Shown here piece after piece: positions 62,597 to 64,000 of a stretch of 64,000 bases of DNA. The translations under genes were made by a program, and so were the position numbers. The stretch is from an uncultured delta proteobacterium (GTDB lineage Bacteria; Myxococcota_A; Polyangia; Polyangiales; Polyangiaceae). The stretch covers positions 320,001 to 384,000 of the forward strand of contig CAVQUB010000009.1 of NCBI GenBank assembly GCA_963716725.1. Direction: 5' to 3'. The first letter of the stretch is position 1. Every line of letters begins with the position of its first letter. The notes below the pieces were generated by a model. That model made no database searches and had not been told where the DNA came from. It was given only the letters and a program-made list of their open reading frames with translations.

Positions 62597-63172
62597 CTAG
62601 TTCGAGAGCACCTTGATCACACCCTTGCAGCTGGCCGGAGCTTGACCCCCGCAGGCGTGCGTTTGCAGTTGGAGGAGGCACTGATCGGCGGTCGCCGAGA
62701 GGCCGACGCCGGAAGCGCAGGTCGCGGCGAGCTCGACCGCCACCTCCGACTCACACGCGGCTTGATCGGCTGCCGCCTTGCAGCGCACGCCCCACCTGCA
62801 GATCCCCCGGGCAAAGTCCTTGCAATACGCCGCGACGGGCGCTGGGTCGTTGATGTCTTTGCACTCCGCCGGCAGATCGATGGGCGAAGGGCAGCTGGCC
62901 TGGCTCAGCTTCCCGACGCAGGCCTGCATCGTCGAATCGTCCTTGCAGAACAAGCTCTGGTACAGCTCGTCGCACTCGGCGCGAGACTGAGCCTGGCACT
63001 TGTCGGCGAGAAAATCGCAGGTCGCGTCCTGCCAAGCCTTGCAGGTGGTCGACCGCTTCGAGGCGTACTGCTCGCCCGGCCCACCGCCGCTGCTGTCGTA
63101 CTTGCCCGAGCAAGCGCCGATGAACCCGGCGAGCATCAGCGAGGTGATCGTGAGCTTCATCGCCAGGCGCAT
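62597..63172 (-). CDS. Cys-rich lipoprotein with internal duplication
   Basis: Lipobox FIGAC; two similar Cys-spaced halves (CKAW...C...C / CKDF...C...C). Confidence 0.75.
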   Translation of the reverse strand: MRLAMKLTITSLMLAGFIGACSGKYDSSGGGPGEQYASKRSTTCKAWQDATCDFLADKCQAQSRAECDELYQSLFCKDDSTMQACVGKLSQASCPSPIDLPAECKDINDPAPVAAYCKDFARGICRWGVRCKAAADQAACESEVAVELAATCASGVGLSATADQCLLQLQTHACGGQAPASCKGVIKVLSN

Positions 63173-63250
63173 CGCAGATCCTCCGACCCGGAGCGTAGCG
63201 CAGCAACCCGGACCGCGGTACTTGGCACCTGCCCACGGCCTTGCGAACCA

Positions 63251-63296
63251 CAAACGTGAAACGCGAGCCATCCCCCGAAGGGGAGGCCCGCGCTTC
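63251..63296 (-). terminator. Hairpin terminator immediately after rpsS
   Basis: Minus strand GAAGCGCGGGCCTCCCC-TTCG-GGGGATGGCTCGCGTTTC then ACGTTTG; C(UUCG)G tetraloop. Confidence 0.7.
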
Positions 63297-63312
63297 GATT
63301 GGCAGTGCCCGA

Positions 63313-63619
63313 CTAGGCCTTGCCCGTACGCTGGTTGAGCTTCTTGCCGCCGCCCTTCTTGTCACCCGCGTGACCGTGGAAGGTCCGAGTCGGCGCGAAC
63401 TCGCCGTAGCTTGTGCCCGACCATGTTCTCGGTGACGAACACCGGCACGAACTTGCGTCCGTTGTGCACGGCGAAGGTGAGCCCGATGGCCTCAGGGAAG
63501 ATGGTGGAGCGACGCGACCAGGTCTTGATGACCTTCTTGCCGCCGGAGTCGGCGGCGTCCTGGATCTTCTTCGCCAGGTGACCGTCGCAGAACGGACCCT
63601 TCTTGATGCTGCGTGCCAT
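63313..63619 (-). CDS. rpsS: 30S ribosomal protein S19 (one +1 indel near 63408)
   Basis: [43 protein letters not shown]. Confidence 0.96.
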
Positions 63620-63622
63620 CTA

Positions 63623-64000
63623 TCAGCCCTTAACCTTCCGCGCGCTTGACGATCATGTTGTCCGTGCGCTTGTTGTTGCGCGTCTTCAGGCCCTTGGCGA
63701 GCTGGCCCCAGGGCGAGCACGGGTGACGACCACCGCTGGTGCGACCCTCGCCACCACCCATCGGGTGATCGACCGGGTTCATGGTGACGCCGCGGTTGTG
63801 CGGACGCCGGCCGAGCCAGCGCGTGCGCCCGGCCTTGCCGAGGCTGATGTTCTGGTGCTCGACGTTGGAGACCTGGCCGATGGTGGCGCGGCACTCGATG
63901 TGGATCTTGCGGACCTCACCGCTCGGCAGCCGGACCTGAGCGTAGTCGCCGTCCTTGCGCCATGAGCTGCGCCGAGACGCCGGCCGAGCGCACGAGCTGC
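63623..64000 (-). CDS. rplB: 50S ribosomal protein L2, 3' part (indels; runs off window)
   Basis: Hand translation: [44 protein letters not shown]. Confidence 0.96.

Overview
High-GC window from a myxobacterium. A Polyangiaceae-like origin is inferred from the MYXO-CTERM-like tail, Pro- and Cys-rich lipoproteins, Ser/Thr kinases, the stand-alone F0 atp genes and a Myxococcus-type LexA box. Bases 1-41 kb hold housekeeping and envelope/signalling genes: surA-like PPIase, a pseudokinase-TM-double-DsbA fusion, recA, rseP, lpxC, ftsK, an L,D-transpeptidase, an ABC1 kinase, atpZ/I/B/E, rdgB, two histidine kinases and acyP. A complete 3,258-bp three-gene transposon (Cys/His-rich ORF, DDE transposase, ExeA/TnsC-like ATPase; TGTAG...CTACA ends; 6-bp CTCGCG target duplication) interrupts an SDR-family gene at 41.8-45.1 kb. 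The minus strand from 46 to 64 kb carries the S10-spc-alpha ribosomal cluster. It is split between rpsS and rplV by about 5.3 kb, with a terminator after rpsS and a separate candidate promoter and long structured leader before rplV. The gap holds a coupled trio with no signal peptides: a MurE-like ligase lacking its N-terminal domain, an NlpC/P60 peptidase and a class-A-beta-lactamase-fold serine hydrolase. This trio is the best candidate for an undescribed system, possibly peptidoglycan stem-peptide editing or recycling. Many conserved genes carry single-base indels that look like consensus errors. All family calls come from motif recognition by eye, with no database searches.
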